DNA of 64,000 nucleotides. It comes from an uncultured Bacteroidaceae bacterium (lineage in GTDB: Bacteria; Bacteroidota; Bacteroidia; Bacteroidales; Bacteroidaceae). The stretch covers positions 4,425 to 68,424 of the forward strand of contig CAYVNW010000008.1 of the NCBI GenBank assembly GCA_964452915.1, in the 5' to 3' direction. The first letter of the stretch is position 1; each line of letters starts with the position of its first letter. Shown piece after piece: positions 30,995 through 40,703 of this stretch. The notes beneath the pieces are model-generated. The model saw nothing but the letters and a program-made list of their open reading frames with translations. It was not told the DNA's origin and searched no databases. Made by a program: the position numbers and the translations under genes.

Positions 30995-33151
30995 ATGAAC
31001 AGGATACTATCAACAATAGTTCTTCTGACAATGGCAATTATCAACATACAAGCAGACGATAATTTTATTGGAAGGCAGAAGCCAGAGATCAAGGATGGGA
31101 AACTAACTCCTGAGATTCTCTGGGCAATGGGACGCATAGGAAGCTATGATGTATCGCCCGACGGGAAGTCTGTCGTATATAACGTCAGCTATTATAGTGT
31201 AAAACAAAACAAAAGTCACACCGTAATATACCGGATTAATACAGACGGAACAGGTGAGACATTGCTCACCAGTACCACAAACAGTGAGAGTTCTCCCAAA
31301 TTTTACAGTAAAGGGACAAAGATCACTTTCCTAAGTGCTGACACAGACGGAATAAGCCAATTGTGGATGATGAATACAAACGGCAGCGAACGCAAACAAA
31401 TATCATTTTTGAAGAACGATATAGAAGACTACCTATTCTCACCCGATGGAAGCAAAGTAATCCTTATACAATCTGTGAAATCAGGAACTACCACCACCGA
31501 CCTGTACCCTGACCTTGACAAAGCATCAGGAAGAGTGATTGACGAGGTTATGTTCCGCCATTGGGATGAATATGTGGAAAGTGTGCCACATCCGTTTTTG
31601 GCCGATTTCAACGGACAGACAGTGTCAGACAAACTAACAGACTTGTTAGAAGGCACGACTTATGAATGTCCTATGAAACCTTTTGGAGGTATTGAACAGC
31701 TTGCATGGAGTAATGACTCAAAGCAAATCGCATATACTTGCAGGAAGAAAACCGGGCTGGACTATGCTGTAAGTACAGATTCCGATATATATCTGTATGA
31801 CTTGCTGACTAAGAAGACAAAGAACCTGTGCAAGCCAGACGGGTACGCGGCACCAAGTTACGACTACACTCTATCATTGAAAGATCAAGAGGTAAACAAA
31901 CAAAACGGAGATCTGAGTCTTGGCTACGATATAAATCCACAATTCTCACCCGACGGTAAATATATCGCATGGCAAAGTATGAAGCACGACGGCTACGAAA
32001 GTGACCGTAACCGGTTGTGTGTATATGAGATTGCCACAGGTAAGAAACGATATGTGACAGAGAAGTTCGACAGCAACGTTGACTCGTATTGCTGGGGCAC
32101 AACAACCGATGTCATATATTTTAATGGTGTATGGCATGGGGAGACTAATATTTATCGCACGAATTTATATGGAGAAGTCTACAGGCTCACTAACGGGCAG
32201 TACGACTACACAGGTGTAGCTCTTTGCGGAAAAGACCTTGTATGCCCAAGACAATCAATGAAGGAGTCACCAGAACTGTTTTTTGTTGACGGCTACAGTG
32301 GAGAAGCACGACAAATAACAGCAGAGAACAAGTATTTCACAGATAACGTTGCATGGGGAGACGTTATACCTCGGTGGTCAAAAACAACCGATGGGAAAGA
32401 ACTGCTGTCATGGATAGTACTGCCGCCTAATTTCGACAAGAGTAAAAAATACCCTACCCTGCTATTCTGTGAAGGAGGTCCACAAAGTCCTGTCAGCCAA
32501 TTTTGGAGCTACAGGTGGAACATGATGATCATGGCAGCAAACGGTTACGTGGTAGTCGCTCCAAACCGAAGAGGACTTCCAGGATTCGGATCGAAGTGGA
32601 ATGAAGAAATAAGTACGAACTATGGCGGTCAGTGCATGAAAGACTATTTGTCAGCTATTGATGATGCAACAGCATATTATCCTTTCATCGACAAAGACCG
32701 TATAGGATGTGTAGGAGCTAGTTTTGGAGGCTTCAGCGTATACTATCTCGCAGGCAATCACGACAAGCGCTTCAAATGCTTCATAGCACACGATGGTATT
32801 TTTAATCTCGAACAGCAGTATCTTGAAACAGAAGAAGCATGGTTCACCAATTGGGATTTGGGAGGAGCCTTTTGGCACAAAGACAACCCTGCAGTACAAC
32901 GTACATTCAGTGCATCTCCGCACCTGTTTGTAGATAAATGGGATACACCTATCCTGTGCATTTCGGGCGATAAAGATTATCGTATACTCACATCACAAGC
33001 CATTGCTGCATTCAATGCCGCGCGCTACCGTCAGATTCCGGCAGAACTAATTATCTTTCCAGATGAAAACCATTGGGTACTAAAGCCACAAAATGGCATA
33101 TTGTGGCAACGCAGGTTCTTTGCATGGCTCGACAAATGGCTCAAGGACTAA
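30995..33151 (+). CDS. S9-family serine peptidase (prolyl oligopeptidase/acylaminoacyl-peptidase-like)
   Basis: Signal peptide, beta-propeller-like N-terminal half, GxSxGG nucleophile elbow GASFGGF, and C-terminal FPDENHW. Confidence 0.9.
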   Translation: MNRILSTIVLLTMAIINIQADDNFIGRQKPEIKDGKLTPEILWAMGRIGSYDVSPDGKSVVYNVSYYSVKQNKSHTVIYRINTDGTGETLLTSTTNSESSPKFYSKGTKITFLSADTDGISQLWMMNTNGSERKQISFLKNDIEDYLFSPDGSKVILIQSVKSGTTTTDLYPDLDKASGRVIDEVMFRHWDEYVESVPHPFLADFNGQTVSDKLTDLLEGTTYECPMKPFGGIEQLAWSNDSKQIAYTCRKKTGLDYAVSTDSDIYLYDLLTKKTKNLCKPDGYAAPSYDYTLSLKDQEVNKQNGDLSLGYDINPQFSPDGKYIAWQSMKHDGYESDRNRLCVYEIATGKKRYVTEKFDSNVDSYCWGTTTDVIYFNGVWHGETNIYRTNLYGEVYRLTNGQYDYTGVALCGKDLVCPRQSMKESPELFFVDGYSGEARQITAENKYFTDNVAWGDVIPRWSKTTDGKELLSWIVLPPNFDKSKKYPTLLFCEGGPQSPVSQFWSYRWNMMIMAANGYVVVAPNRRGLPGFGSKWNEEISTNYGGQCMKDYLSAIDDATAYYPFIDKDRIGCVGASFGGFSVYYLAGNHDKRFKCFIAHDGIFNLEQQYLETEEAWFTNWDLGGAFWHKDNPAVQRTFSASPHLFVDKWDTPILCISGDKDYRILTSQAIAAFNAARYRQIPAELIIFPDENHWVLKPQNGILWQRRFFAWLDKWLKD

Positions 33152-33212
33152 TGTAAAGCAAACAAATCGAAGACTATAACAAATAATAAAATACAACCTA
33201 AACAATAAACAC

Positions 33213-34583
33213 ATGACTGAAATAATTAGAAAAAAACTAAGCGATTCAGCTGCCGCACGTTGGACTGCACTTATCATCGTGTCGTTCACAATGATGTTCG
33301 CTTACTTCTTCACCGACGTAATGTCGCCCCTTGAACCACTTCTTACTGCAGCCAAAGAAGATGGAGGACTTGGGCTTGGATGGACATCCGATGAATATGG
33401 ATTCTTCTCAGGTTCATACGGATTCTTCAACGTATTTCTCCTAATGCTCTTCTTCGGGGGTATCATTCTCGATAAGTTTGGTATACGTTTCACCGGAGTT
33501 TTGGCCACAGGTTTGATGGTTGCAGGTGCACTAATCAAATGGTACGCTGTAGGCCACGACATAGAGGGAGAACTCTTTGGCTACAAGATGCAAGTTATAG
33601 TAGCATGCCTCGGCTTCGCAATATATGGCGTAGGATGCGAAATATCAGGTATCACCGTATCAAAAGTCTTAGTCAAGTGGTTCACAGGACACGAACTGGC
33701 ACTTGCGATGGGCACTCAAGTAGCACTTGCACGTTTCGGAACAGCAGCTGCCTTAAGTTTCTCACTCCCGTTTGCCAAAAGTATGGGAGGAGTAAGTGCA
33801 TCAGTAGGACTTGGAGCAGCAATGCTTTGCATAGCAATGATAAGCTTCCTGGTTTATTGCATTATGGACAAGAAAGAAGACAAGGCAAGAGCAACAGTAG
33901 CCACAGAACCAGAAGAGGCATTCAAGTTCTCCGACCTGCGCTCACTGTTTACAAACCGTGGTTTCTGGTATATTACACTGCTATGTCTTATGTTCTATGC
34001 AGGAGTATTCCCATTCCTAAAATTCGCTACTAAATTCATGATCATAAAATATGGAGTTGCTGAAGATACCGCCGGTTGGATTCCATCAATGCTGCCATAC
34101 GGCACAATCATCCTTACCCCACTCTTCGGTTTCGTCTACGACAAAATTGGTAAAGGCGCCACACTTATGGTAATAGGGTCCGTACTACTGACAATTGTCC
34201 ACGTAGTGTTTGCCATTTCAGGAATCACATACGTAGCCGTAGCTATCGCAATGATGGTATTACTGGGTATAGCATTCGGACTTGTACCGTCAGCCATGTG
34301 GCCATCTGTGCCGAAGATCATCCCAATGCAATTGCTTGGAACCGCATATTCTGTAATTTTCTTCATACAGAACATTGGGTTGGCTCTTGTACCAATCCTC
34401 ATCGGTAAGGTAAATCAAGCAAATACCAATGCTGAAGGAGTTATTGACTATACACAAACAATGTCAATCTTCGCTACTTTTGGCATAATTGCGATAATCA
34501 TCGCTGTTTTGTTGCAAATAGAAGACAAGAAAAAAGGATACGGCTTGCAGCAAGCAAACATAAAGAAAGAAGAAGATAAATAA
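33213..34583 (+). CDS. MFS transporter
   Basis: About 12 predicted TM segments in two halves separated by a charged loop (DKKEDKARATVATEPEE). Confidence 0.8.
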   Translation: MTEIIRKKLSDSAAARWTALIIVSFTMMFAYFFTDVMSPLEPLLTAAKEDGGLGLGWTSDEYGFFSGSYGFFNVFLLMLFFGGIILDKFGIRFTGVLATGLMVAGALIKWYAVGHDIEGELFGYKMQVIVACLGFAIYGVGCEISGITVSKVLVKWFTGHELALAMGTQVALARFGTAAALSFSLPFAKSMGGVSASVGLGAAMLCIAMISFLVYCIMDKKEDKARATVATEPEEAFKFSDLRSLFTNRGFWYITLLCLMFYAGVFPFLKFATKFMIIKYGVAEDTAGWIPSMLPYGTIILTPLFGFVYDKIGKGATLMVIGSVLLTIVHVVFAISGITYVAVAIAMMVLLGIAFGLVPSAMWPSVPKIIPMQLLGTAYSVIFFIQNIGLALVPILIGKVNQANTNAEGVIDYTQTMSIFATFGIIAIIIAVLLQIEDKKKGYGLQQANIKKEEDK

Positions 34584-34603
34584 ATAAATAACAAAAGGTA
34601 AAT

Positions 34604-36157
34604 ATGTTTGAAAACCAACCGAAGGGACTATACGCCCTCTCATTAGCCAATACAGGTGAGCGCTTCGGCTATTACACCATGCTTGCCATCTTCACCTTGT
34701 TCATGCAAGCCAAATTTGGATGGGATGAAGGAGAAGCCGGACAAGTATACTCAATATTCTTAGCAGTAGTGTACTTCGCACCATTCTTTGGTGGCATGCT
34801 TGCCGACAGAATAGGATACGGCAAATGCGTAGTCATCGGATTTATAGTCATGTTCCTTGGCTATCTTGGATTAGCATTGCCAACAGCCGCCGACACAACA
34901 GGTATGGTAGTGATGTTTGTCGGATTAGCATTCGTATCGTTAGGCACAGGCTTGTTCAAGGGCAACCTACAAGTACTTGTAGGCAATTTATATGACAACC
35001 CTAAATATTCTGCCAGCCGTGACTCTGCTTTCAGTCTGTTCTATATGGCAATAAACATAGGAGCTATGTTTGCGCCTGCAATGGCAAAGTGGATCACAAA
35101 TACACACCTGGCACAATATGGCTATGTATATGATGCAGCAAACCACGATCCAGGTTATCTGGAGGCACTATATAATTCATACGGACTATGCTTTGGAGTA
35201 GCATGTATATCGCTGATACTATCGGCAATTGTATATTTTTCATGCCGCAGTTGGTTCCGTCATGCTGATGTCACGGCCAAGCAGGCAGAACAATCTAATG
35301 CCGCAATTGAAGAACTTACACCGAAACAAACAAAAGACCGTATTGTTGCACTGCTTTTGGTTTTCGCTGTAGTAATATTCTTTTGGATGGCATTCCACCA
35401 AAACGGTTCGGCACTTACGTTCTTTGCTAAGAAATACACCAACCTGTCGGTATCAGGTCCACTACGTATAGGATTCAATATATTCAGCTTGGCACTCATT
35501 GCCATCTCCGTCTACACAGGATTCTCAGCATTTCAGGCAAAGAAAAAGAATACACGCATCATATGTATGATTGTAACACTGGTTTTATGGGGCGGTGCAT
35601 TTCTTCTATATCAAGGTATGGCAAACCCAACAGCAGCCCAGCCATCAGACTTCCAGCAATTCAATCCATTCTTTGTTGTTGCCCTCACACCATTTAGTAT
35701 GGCTTTCTTCGGAGCATTATCTAAGAGAGGAAAGGAAGTGAGTGCACCAACCAGAATAGCATGGGGCATGGTAGTTGCAGCAATAGGCTTTGGCGTCATA
35801 ACAATGGCATCAACCGGCCTAATTTCACCAATGGATCTTGGAGAGAAAAATACACAAAGCATACTGTCTCCAGGCTGGTTGATTTCCACATACTTTACGC
35901 TGACACTTGCCGAACTGCTTCTTTCACCAATGGGTATCTCATTTGTCTCAAAGGTAGCACCGCCAAAGTACAAAGGTCTGATGATGGGCGGCTGGTTTGT
36001 AGCTACCGCTATTGGTAATTATCTGAGTGCCATTCCATCCATGCTATGGAATAAGATCCCATTGATGTACAACTGGGGCATACTCATTGCCCTTTGCCTT
36101 ATCAGTGCCGTCGTAATGTTTGCCTTACTGAAGAAACTGAAAAAAATGACTGCATAA
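34604..36157 (+). CDS. POT/PTR2-family di/tripeptide:proton symporter
   Basis: GERFGYYTMLAIFTLF (ExxERFxYY-like) and FGGMLADRIGYGK motifs; polytopic. Confidence 0.9.
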   Translation: MFENQPKGLYALSLANTGERFGYYTMLAIFTLFMQAKFGWDEGEAGQVYSIFLAVVYFAPFFGGMLADRIGYGKCVVIGFIVMFLGYLGLALPTAADTTGMVVMFVGLAFVSLGTGLFKGNLQVLVGNLYDNPKYSASRDSAFSLFYMAINIGAMFAPAMAKWITNTHLAQYGYVYDAANHDPGYLEALYNSYGLCFGVACISLILSAIVYFSCRSWFRHADVTAKQAEQSNAAIEELTPKQTKDRIVALLLVFAVVIFFWMAFHQNGSALTFFAKKYTNLSVSGPLRIGFNIFSLALIAISVYTGFSAFQAKKKNTRIICMIVTLVLWGGAFLLYQGMANPTAAQPSDFQQFNPFFVVALTPFSMAFFGALSKRGKEVSAPTRIAWGMVVAAIGFGVITMASTGLISPMDLGEKNTQSILSPGWLISTYFTLTLAELLLSPMGISFVSKVAPPKYKGLMMGGWFVATAIGNYLSAIPSMLWNKIPLMYNWGILIALCLISAVVMFALLKKLKKMTA

Positions 36158-36179
36158 TACGAGGCAACATATTCATATC

Positions 36180-36214
36180 AAAACGCACCTTAAATAATAG
36201 AGAGGTGCGTTTTT
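36180..36214 (+). terminator. intrinsic terminator after the first POT gene
   Basis: AAAACGCACC-14 nt loop-GGTGCGTTTT, a 10-bp stem running into a T-run. Confidence 0.85.
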
Positions 36215-36249
36215 GTATCTGAAACAATCCACATATCAAAATAAATGCT

Positions 36250-36257
36250 TACCTTTG
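36250..36257 (+). promoter_or_regulatory. -7 promoter box TAnnTTTG (TACCTTTG)
   Basis: Exact match 28 nt upstream of ATG 36286. Confidence 0.6.
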
Positions 36258-36285
36258 TAGCATAATCTATTACACAAACGAAACA

Positions 36286-37818
36286 ATGACAAAGAAAACA
36301 GGTCATCCCGCAGGTTTATACCTGCTTTTTTCAACCGAAATGGCAGAACGTTTTAGTTATTTTGGAATGCGAGCCATTTTCATTCTATACATGACAAAGA
36401 TACTCATGATGAACGATGCTTTGGCAAACCAAATATACGGAAGTTACACAGGTCTCGTTTATCTCACACCCCTTATCGGTGGAATAATATCCGACCGCTA
36501 TTGGGGCAACCGCCGTTCCATCTTTGTCGGTCAGTTGCTAATGGCAGGCGGACAATTTATGATGTTCCTTAGCGCAAGCATAACAGAGCAAATACACCTA
36601 AGCATTGCTCTGATGTACATCGCACTTGCGCTCATAATATGTGGAAATGGATTTTTCAAGCCAAACATCAGTACAATGGTAGGTGACCTCTATTCACCGG
36701 AAGACAAGCGACGTGATGGAGCGTTCACTATATTCTACATGGGCATCAACATAGGAGCATTCTTTGCACCATTGGTTTGCGGACAATTAGCGGAAATAGA
36801 CTATCGCTGGGGATTTCTCGCTTCATCAATCGCTATCTTAATATCATTGGTCATCTTTGCCACTTTGAAAAGCAAACTGCTCGTCACACCCGACGGACGT
36901 CAAGTCGGCATACCACCAGTCAGAGAGAAAGTGAAGAAAGCAGTTACGAAAGGAAACTCACAAAAGAAATCATCAACCATGCAGGCCGTATTTTGTATCA
37001 TTGGCTTTATCATCCTTTGCGCTGCAATAACATATGCCACAGATGACATTATCCAAGGAGCAATATTATCTGCCTGTGTGATGATGCCTGTATACATAAT
37101 CATCGACAAGTCGCTCACCCGCATTGAACGGCGTCATATAATCGTAATATACATTATTGCATTTTTCGTCATATTCTTCTGGAGTGCATACGAACAAGCC
37201 GGAGCTTCACTCACGCTATTCACAGACCGTAATATCGACCGTGAATTTTGGGGATGGACCATGCCAACAGCATGGACACAATCATTCAACGCACTGTTTG
37301 TAGTTGTTCTTGCCCCTATTTTCGCAGCATTGTGGACATGGCTTGACAAACACCGCATGGAGCCATCATCACCTGCAAAACAAGCAATTGGCTTGTTATT
37401 GCTGAGCATCGGATACGGATTTATCGCCATCGGAGTACACGGAGTTGATTCTACTACGAAAATCAGTATATTCTGGCTTGTGTCATTATATTTCATACAC
37501 ACTTGTGGCGAATTAAGCCTATCACCTATAGGTCTTTCAATGGTAACAAAACTGTCACCGGTACGTATGTCAAGCCTGTTAATGGGAGTATGGTATCTCA
37601 GTAATGCCGCTGCAAACAAATTGGCGGGAACACTCAGTAGTTTGATGCCACAATTTGATAAAACGACAGGTGAGGTTATCAAGACATCCTCACTGTTCGG
37701 ACACCAAATAACAAGTTTGTTCGACTTCTTCCTGCTCTTTGTGATAATGGCAGGAGCAGCGGGAATAGTATTGCTGGTCATAAGTCCATGGCTTACAAAA
37801 ATGATGAAAGACGAATAG
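36286..37818 (+). CDS. POT/PTR2-family peptide:proton symporter (second copy)
   Basis: MAERFSYFGMRAIFILYM and GGIISDRYWGNRR motifs; polytopic. Confidence 0.9.
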   Translation: MTKKTGHPAGLYLLFSTEMAERFSYFGMRAIFILYMTKILMMNDALANQIYGSYTGLVYLTPLIGGIISDRYWGNRRSIFVGQLLMAGGQFMMFLSASITEQIHLSIALMYIALALIICGNGFFKPNISTMVGDLYSPEDKRRDGAFTIFYMGINIGAFFAPLVCGQLAEIDYRWGFLASSIAILISLVIFATLKSKLLVTPDGRQVGIPPVREKVKKAVTKGNSQKKSSTMQAVFCIIGFIILCAAITYATDDIIQGAILSACVMMPVYIIIDKSLTRIERRHIIVIYIIAFFVIFFWSAYEQAGASLTLFTDRNIDREFWGWTMPTAWTQSFNALFVVVLAPIFAALWTWLDKHRMEPSSPAKQAIGLLLLSIGYGFIAIGVHGVDSTTKISIFWLVSLYFIHTCGELSLSPIGLSMVTKLSPVRMSSLLMGVWYLSNAAANKLAGTLSSLMPQFDKTTGEVIKTSSLFGHQITSLFDFFLLFVIMAGAAGIVLLVISPWLTKMMKDE

Positions 37819-37825
37819 ATCCTAC

Positions 37826-39466
37826 ATGATTCAAGAATATCAAATACGCGTTCTACCTGAACAAGCAGCCAACGAAGGAAGCATAAAAGATTTCATCGTA
37901 ACAGACAAGGGAATCGACAGAAACCAGATACGCCATATACGAGTTTTAAAGCGTAGCATTGACGCACGCCAAAAGATCATAATGGTAAATCTGAAAATAA
38001 GAGTTTACATTAACGAAGAACCTCAAGATGATGAAATAATAAGAACAGAGTACCCGAATGTTGAAGGCAAGCCAGAGGCCATCGTCGTAGGCGCTGGTCC
38101 AGGCGGACTCTTTGCCGCACTTAAACTTATAGAACTGGGCATACGTCCGATAGTATTGGAGCGAGGAAAGGATGTACATGAGCGTCGTAAGGATATTGCA
38201 AAAATTACGAGAGACAATATAGTCAATCCAGAATCAAATTACTCATTTGGAGAAGGTGGAGCAGGTGCATTTTCTGACGGCAAACTTTACACGCGCAGTA
38301 AGAAACGAGGCAATGTCGAACACATATTAAATGTGTTTTGTCAACATGGAGCCTCCACAAATATACTTTCAGATGCACACCCCCATATTGGTACAGATAA
38401 ACTTCCACGCATTATAGAAAACATGCGTGAGACGATCATTTCACATGGTGGTGAGGTGCGGTTTCAAACAAAGATGACGGCACTCCAAATAAGAGATAAT
38501 AAGGTATACGGAGTTGAAGCAATTGAAACCATAGGCAACGAAGAACATGAATGCAGTTTTAGTGGACCTGTAATTCTAGCGACAGGTCATTCTGCACGTG
38601 ACGTTTATCGTTGGTTGAACAATAATAAAGTTGAGATCGAAGCAAAAGATCTTGCAATAGGAGTGCGGTTGGAACATCCTGCTACTCTCATCGACCAAAT
38701 ACAGTACCACAATAAAGAAGGTAAAGGGCTCTACCTGCCTACCGCCGAATATTCCTTCGTTACGCAAGTAGAAGGACGTGGAGTGTACTCCTTTTGTATG
38801 TGTCCAGGCGGAACCGTTGTACCAGCAGCAAGCGGACCGGAACAAATAGTAGTCAACGGCATGTCGTCAAGCAAACGTAACGGTCCATGGAGCAATAGTG
38901 GTATGGTTGTAGAAATCCACACAGAGGACATGCAACAAATCAAGGGTTTCTATCAAAAAGACCAACCCGTTGAAACACGATTATATTCCACCGACAATGA
39001 AACGAATCCACTATGTATGCTCGAATTTCAAGAATATTTGGAACGACTGTGCTGGATTCAGGGGAACAATAAGCAAACAGCTCCTGCACAACGAATGGCT
39101 GACTTTGTGAATGGACGGTTGTCGGCATCGCTTCCTAAATCCTCATATACTCCAGGGCTTATAACCTCACCACTCCACCTTTGGATGCCCCGTTTCATAA
39201 CCACACGATTACAACAGGGATTTCGTCAATTCGGAAAGACGAGCCATGGTTTTCTCACAAACGAAGCAGTCATGATTGGCATAGAGACACGCACTTCAGC
39301 TCCCGTCCGCATCATCAGAAGCAGTGAGACTCTACAGCATATACATATCGGAAACCTGTTTCCATGCGGAGAAGGAGCCGGTTACGCTGGAGGCATTGTA
39401 TCAGCAGGCATTGATGGCGAGCGCTGCGCAAAGATGTTAGCACAAAGCATAGGCGCAATCTGTTAA
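37826..39466 (+). CDS. NAD(P)/FAD-dependent oxidoreductase (COG2509-like FAD-dependent protein)
   Basis: Dinucleotide fold IVVGAGPGGLFAALKL, internal GEGGAGAFSDGKL, C-terminal GEGAGYAGGIVSAGIDG. Confidence 0.8.
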   Translation: MIQEYQIRVLPEQAANEGSIKDFIVTDKGIDRNQIRHIRVLKRSIDARQKIIMVNLKIRVYINEEPQDDEIIRTEYPNVEGKPEAIVVGAGPGGLFAALKLIELGIRPIVLERGKDVHERRKDIAKITRDNIVNPESNYSFGEGGAGAFSDGKLYTRSKKRGNVEHILNVFCQHGASTNILSDAHPHIGTDKLPRIIENMRETIISHGGEVRFQTKMTALQIRDNKVYGVEAIETIGNEEHECSFSGPVILATGHSARDVYRWLNNNKVEIEAKDLAIGVRLEHPATLIDQIQYHNKEGKGLYLPTAEYSFVTQVEGRGVYSFCMCPGGTVVPAASGPEQIVVNGMSSSKRNGPWSNSGMVVEIHTEDMQQIKGFYQKDQPVETRLYSTDNETNPLCMLEFQEYLERLCWIQGNNKQTAPAQRMADFVNGRLSASLPKSSYTPGLITSPLHLWMPRFITTRLQQGFRQFGKTSHGFLTNEAVMIGIETRTSAPVRIIRSSETLQHIHIGNLFPCGEGAGYAGGIVSAGIDGERCAKMLAQSIGAIC

Positions 39467-39535
39467 CCATCATTTAAACGGTCAAGCCAAAGTCAAAAAA
39501 GAACAACCATCCATGTATGGAAACAAATATTTTTG

Positions 39536-39543
39536 TATCTTTG
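39536..39543 (+). promoter_or_regulatory. -7 promoter box TAnnTTTG (TATCTTTG)
   Basis: Exact match 54 nt upstream of the recA ATG 39598. Confidence 0.6.
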
Positions 39544-39597
39544 CATTAAAGAAACAGCATATATAAAGCAGTATAAAATAAAAACATCATAACAGAA

Positions 39598-40638
39598 ATG
39601 GATACAGTAAAACCAAACGAAGAAAAGCTCAAGGCATTACAAGCCGCAATGACTAAAATAGAAAAGAACTATGGCCATGGCTCAATTATGAGACTGGGCG
39701 AGGAAAACATAGAGAAAATTGATGTTATCTCTACTGGTTCAATAGGTCTTAACGCAGCACTTGGTGTTGGCGGTTATCCAAAAGGACGTATTATAGAAAT
39801 ATATGGTCCTGAATCATCAGGAAAGACAACACTTGCCATTCATGCAATAGCTGAATGCCAAAAAAATGGAGGGATCGCAGCATTCATAGATGCAGAACAC
39901 GCATTCGACCGTTTCTATGCACACAATCTCGGCGTGGACACAGACAACCTTTTAGTATCGCAGCCAGACAACGGAGAACAAGCACTTGAAATAGCAGATC
40001 AGCTCATAAGTTCGGCCGCAGTTGATATTATAGTTATTGACTCCGTAGCAGCACTTACGCCAAAAGCCGAAATTGAAGGCGATATGGGGGAAAACAAAGT
40101 AGGTCTGCAAGCTCGCCTTATGAGTCAGGCACTCAGAAAACTCACTGCCACAATTAGTAAAACAAAGACAACGTGTATATTCATAAACCAATTGCGAGAA
40201 AAAATAGGAGTTTTGTTTGGGAACCCGGAAACAACGACAGGAGGCAATGCCTTGAAATTTTATGCGTCAGTACGTATTGACATCCGCCGTAAGGAAGCAA
40301 TAAAAAATGGCGACCAAGTCATCGGTAATACAGTTAAGGTGAAGGTAGTGAAAAACAAAGTAGCTCCTCCATTCAGAAAATGTGAGTTCGACATTATGTT
40401 CGGTACAGGAATATCAAAAACCGGCGAATTGGTTGACATGGGTACAGAACTTGGCATTATAAAGAAAAGTGGCAGTTGGTTCAGTTATGAAGACAGTAAG
40501 TTAGCGCAAGGTCGTGAAGCTGTAAAACAGACTCTTGAAGACAACCCAGAACTTGCAGAGGAAATAGAGAATAAAATCATGGCAAAGTTGTCTGGCAAGG
40601 ATGAATCAGACCAAGAAGCATTGGACATTCTCGATTAA
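39598..40638 (+). CDS. recA: recombinase RecA
   Basis: [11 protein letters not shown] Walker [21 protein letters not shown]. Confidence 0.98.
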   Translation: MDTVKPNEEKLKALQAAMTKIEKNYGHGSIMRLGEENIEKIDVISTGSIGLNAALGVGGYPKGRIIEIYGPESSGKTTLAIHAIAECQKNGGIAAFIDAEHAFDRFYAHNLGVDTDNLLVSQPDNGEQALEIADQLISSAAVDIIVIDSVAALTPKAEIEGDMGENKVGLQARLMSQALRKLTATISKTKTTCIFINQLREKIGVLFGNPETTTGGNALKFYASVRIDIRRKEAIKNGDQVIGNTVKVKVVKNKVAPPFRKCEFDIMFGTGISKTGELVDMGTELGIIKKSGSWFSYEDSKLAQGREAVKQTLEDNPELAEEIENKIMAKLSGKDESDQEALDILD

Positions 40639-40667
40639 TGTTTAATAAACACAGACAAAAAGAATAT

Positions 40668-40703
40668 TGGGTGGTAAATTAATGCATTTGCCATCCATTT
40701 TTA
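40668..40703 (+). terminator. intrinsic terminator for recA
   Basis: TGGGTGGTAAA-TTAATGCA-TTTGCCATCCA, 11 bp with two G.U pairs only on the + transcript, then TTTTT. Overlaps the stop codon of the convergent helicase gene. Confidence 0.8.

Noticed and set aside
33539-34033. 164-aa alternative-frame ORF inside the MFS gene
   Set aside because: It is an Arg-rich off-frame translation. The MFS frame is supported along its full length.
37134-37781. 215-aa ORF antisense to the second POT permease
   Set aside because: It is a shadow ORF. The + strand gene carries clear POT family motifs.
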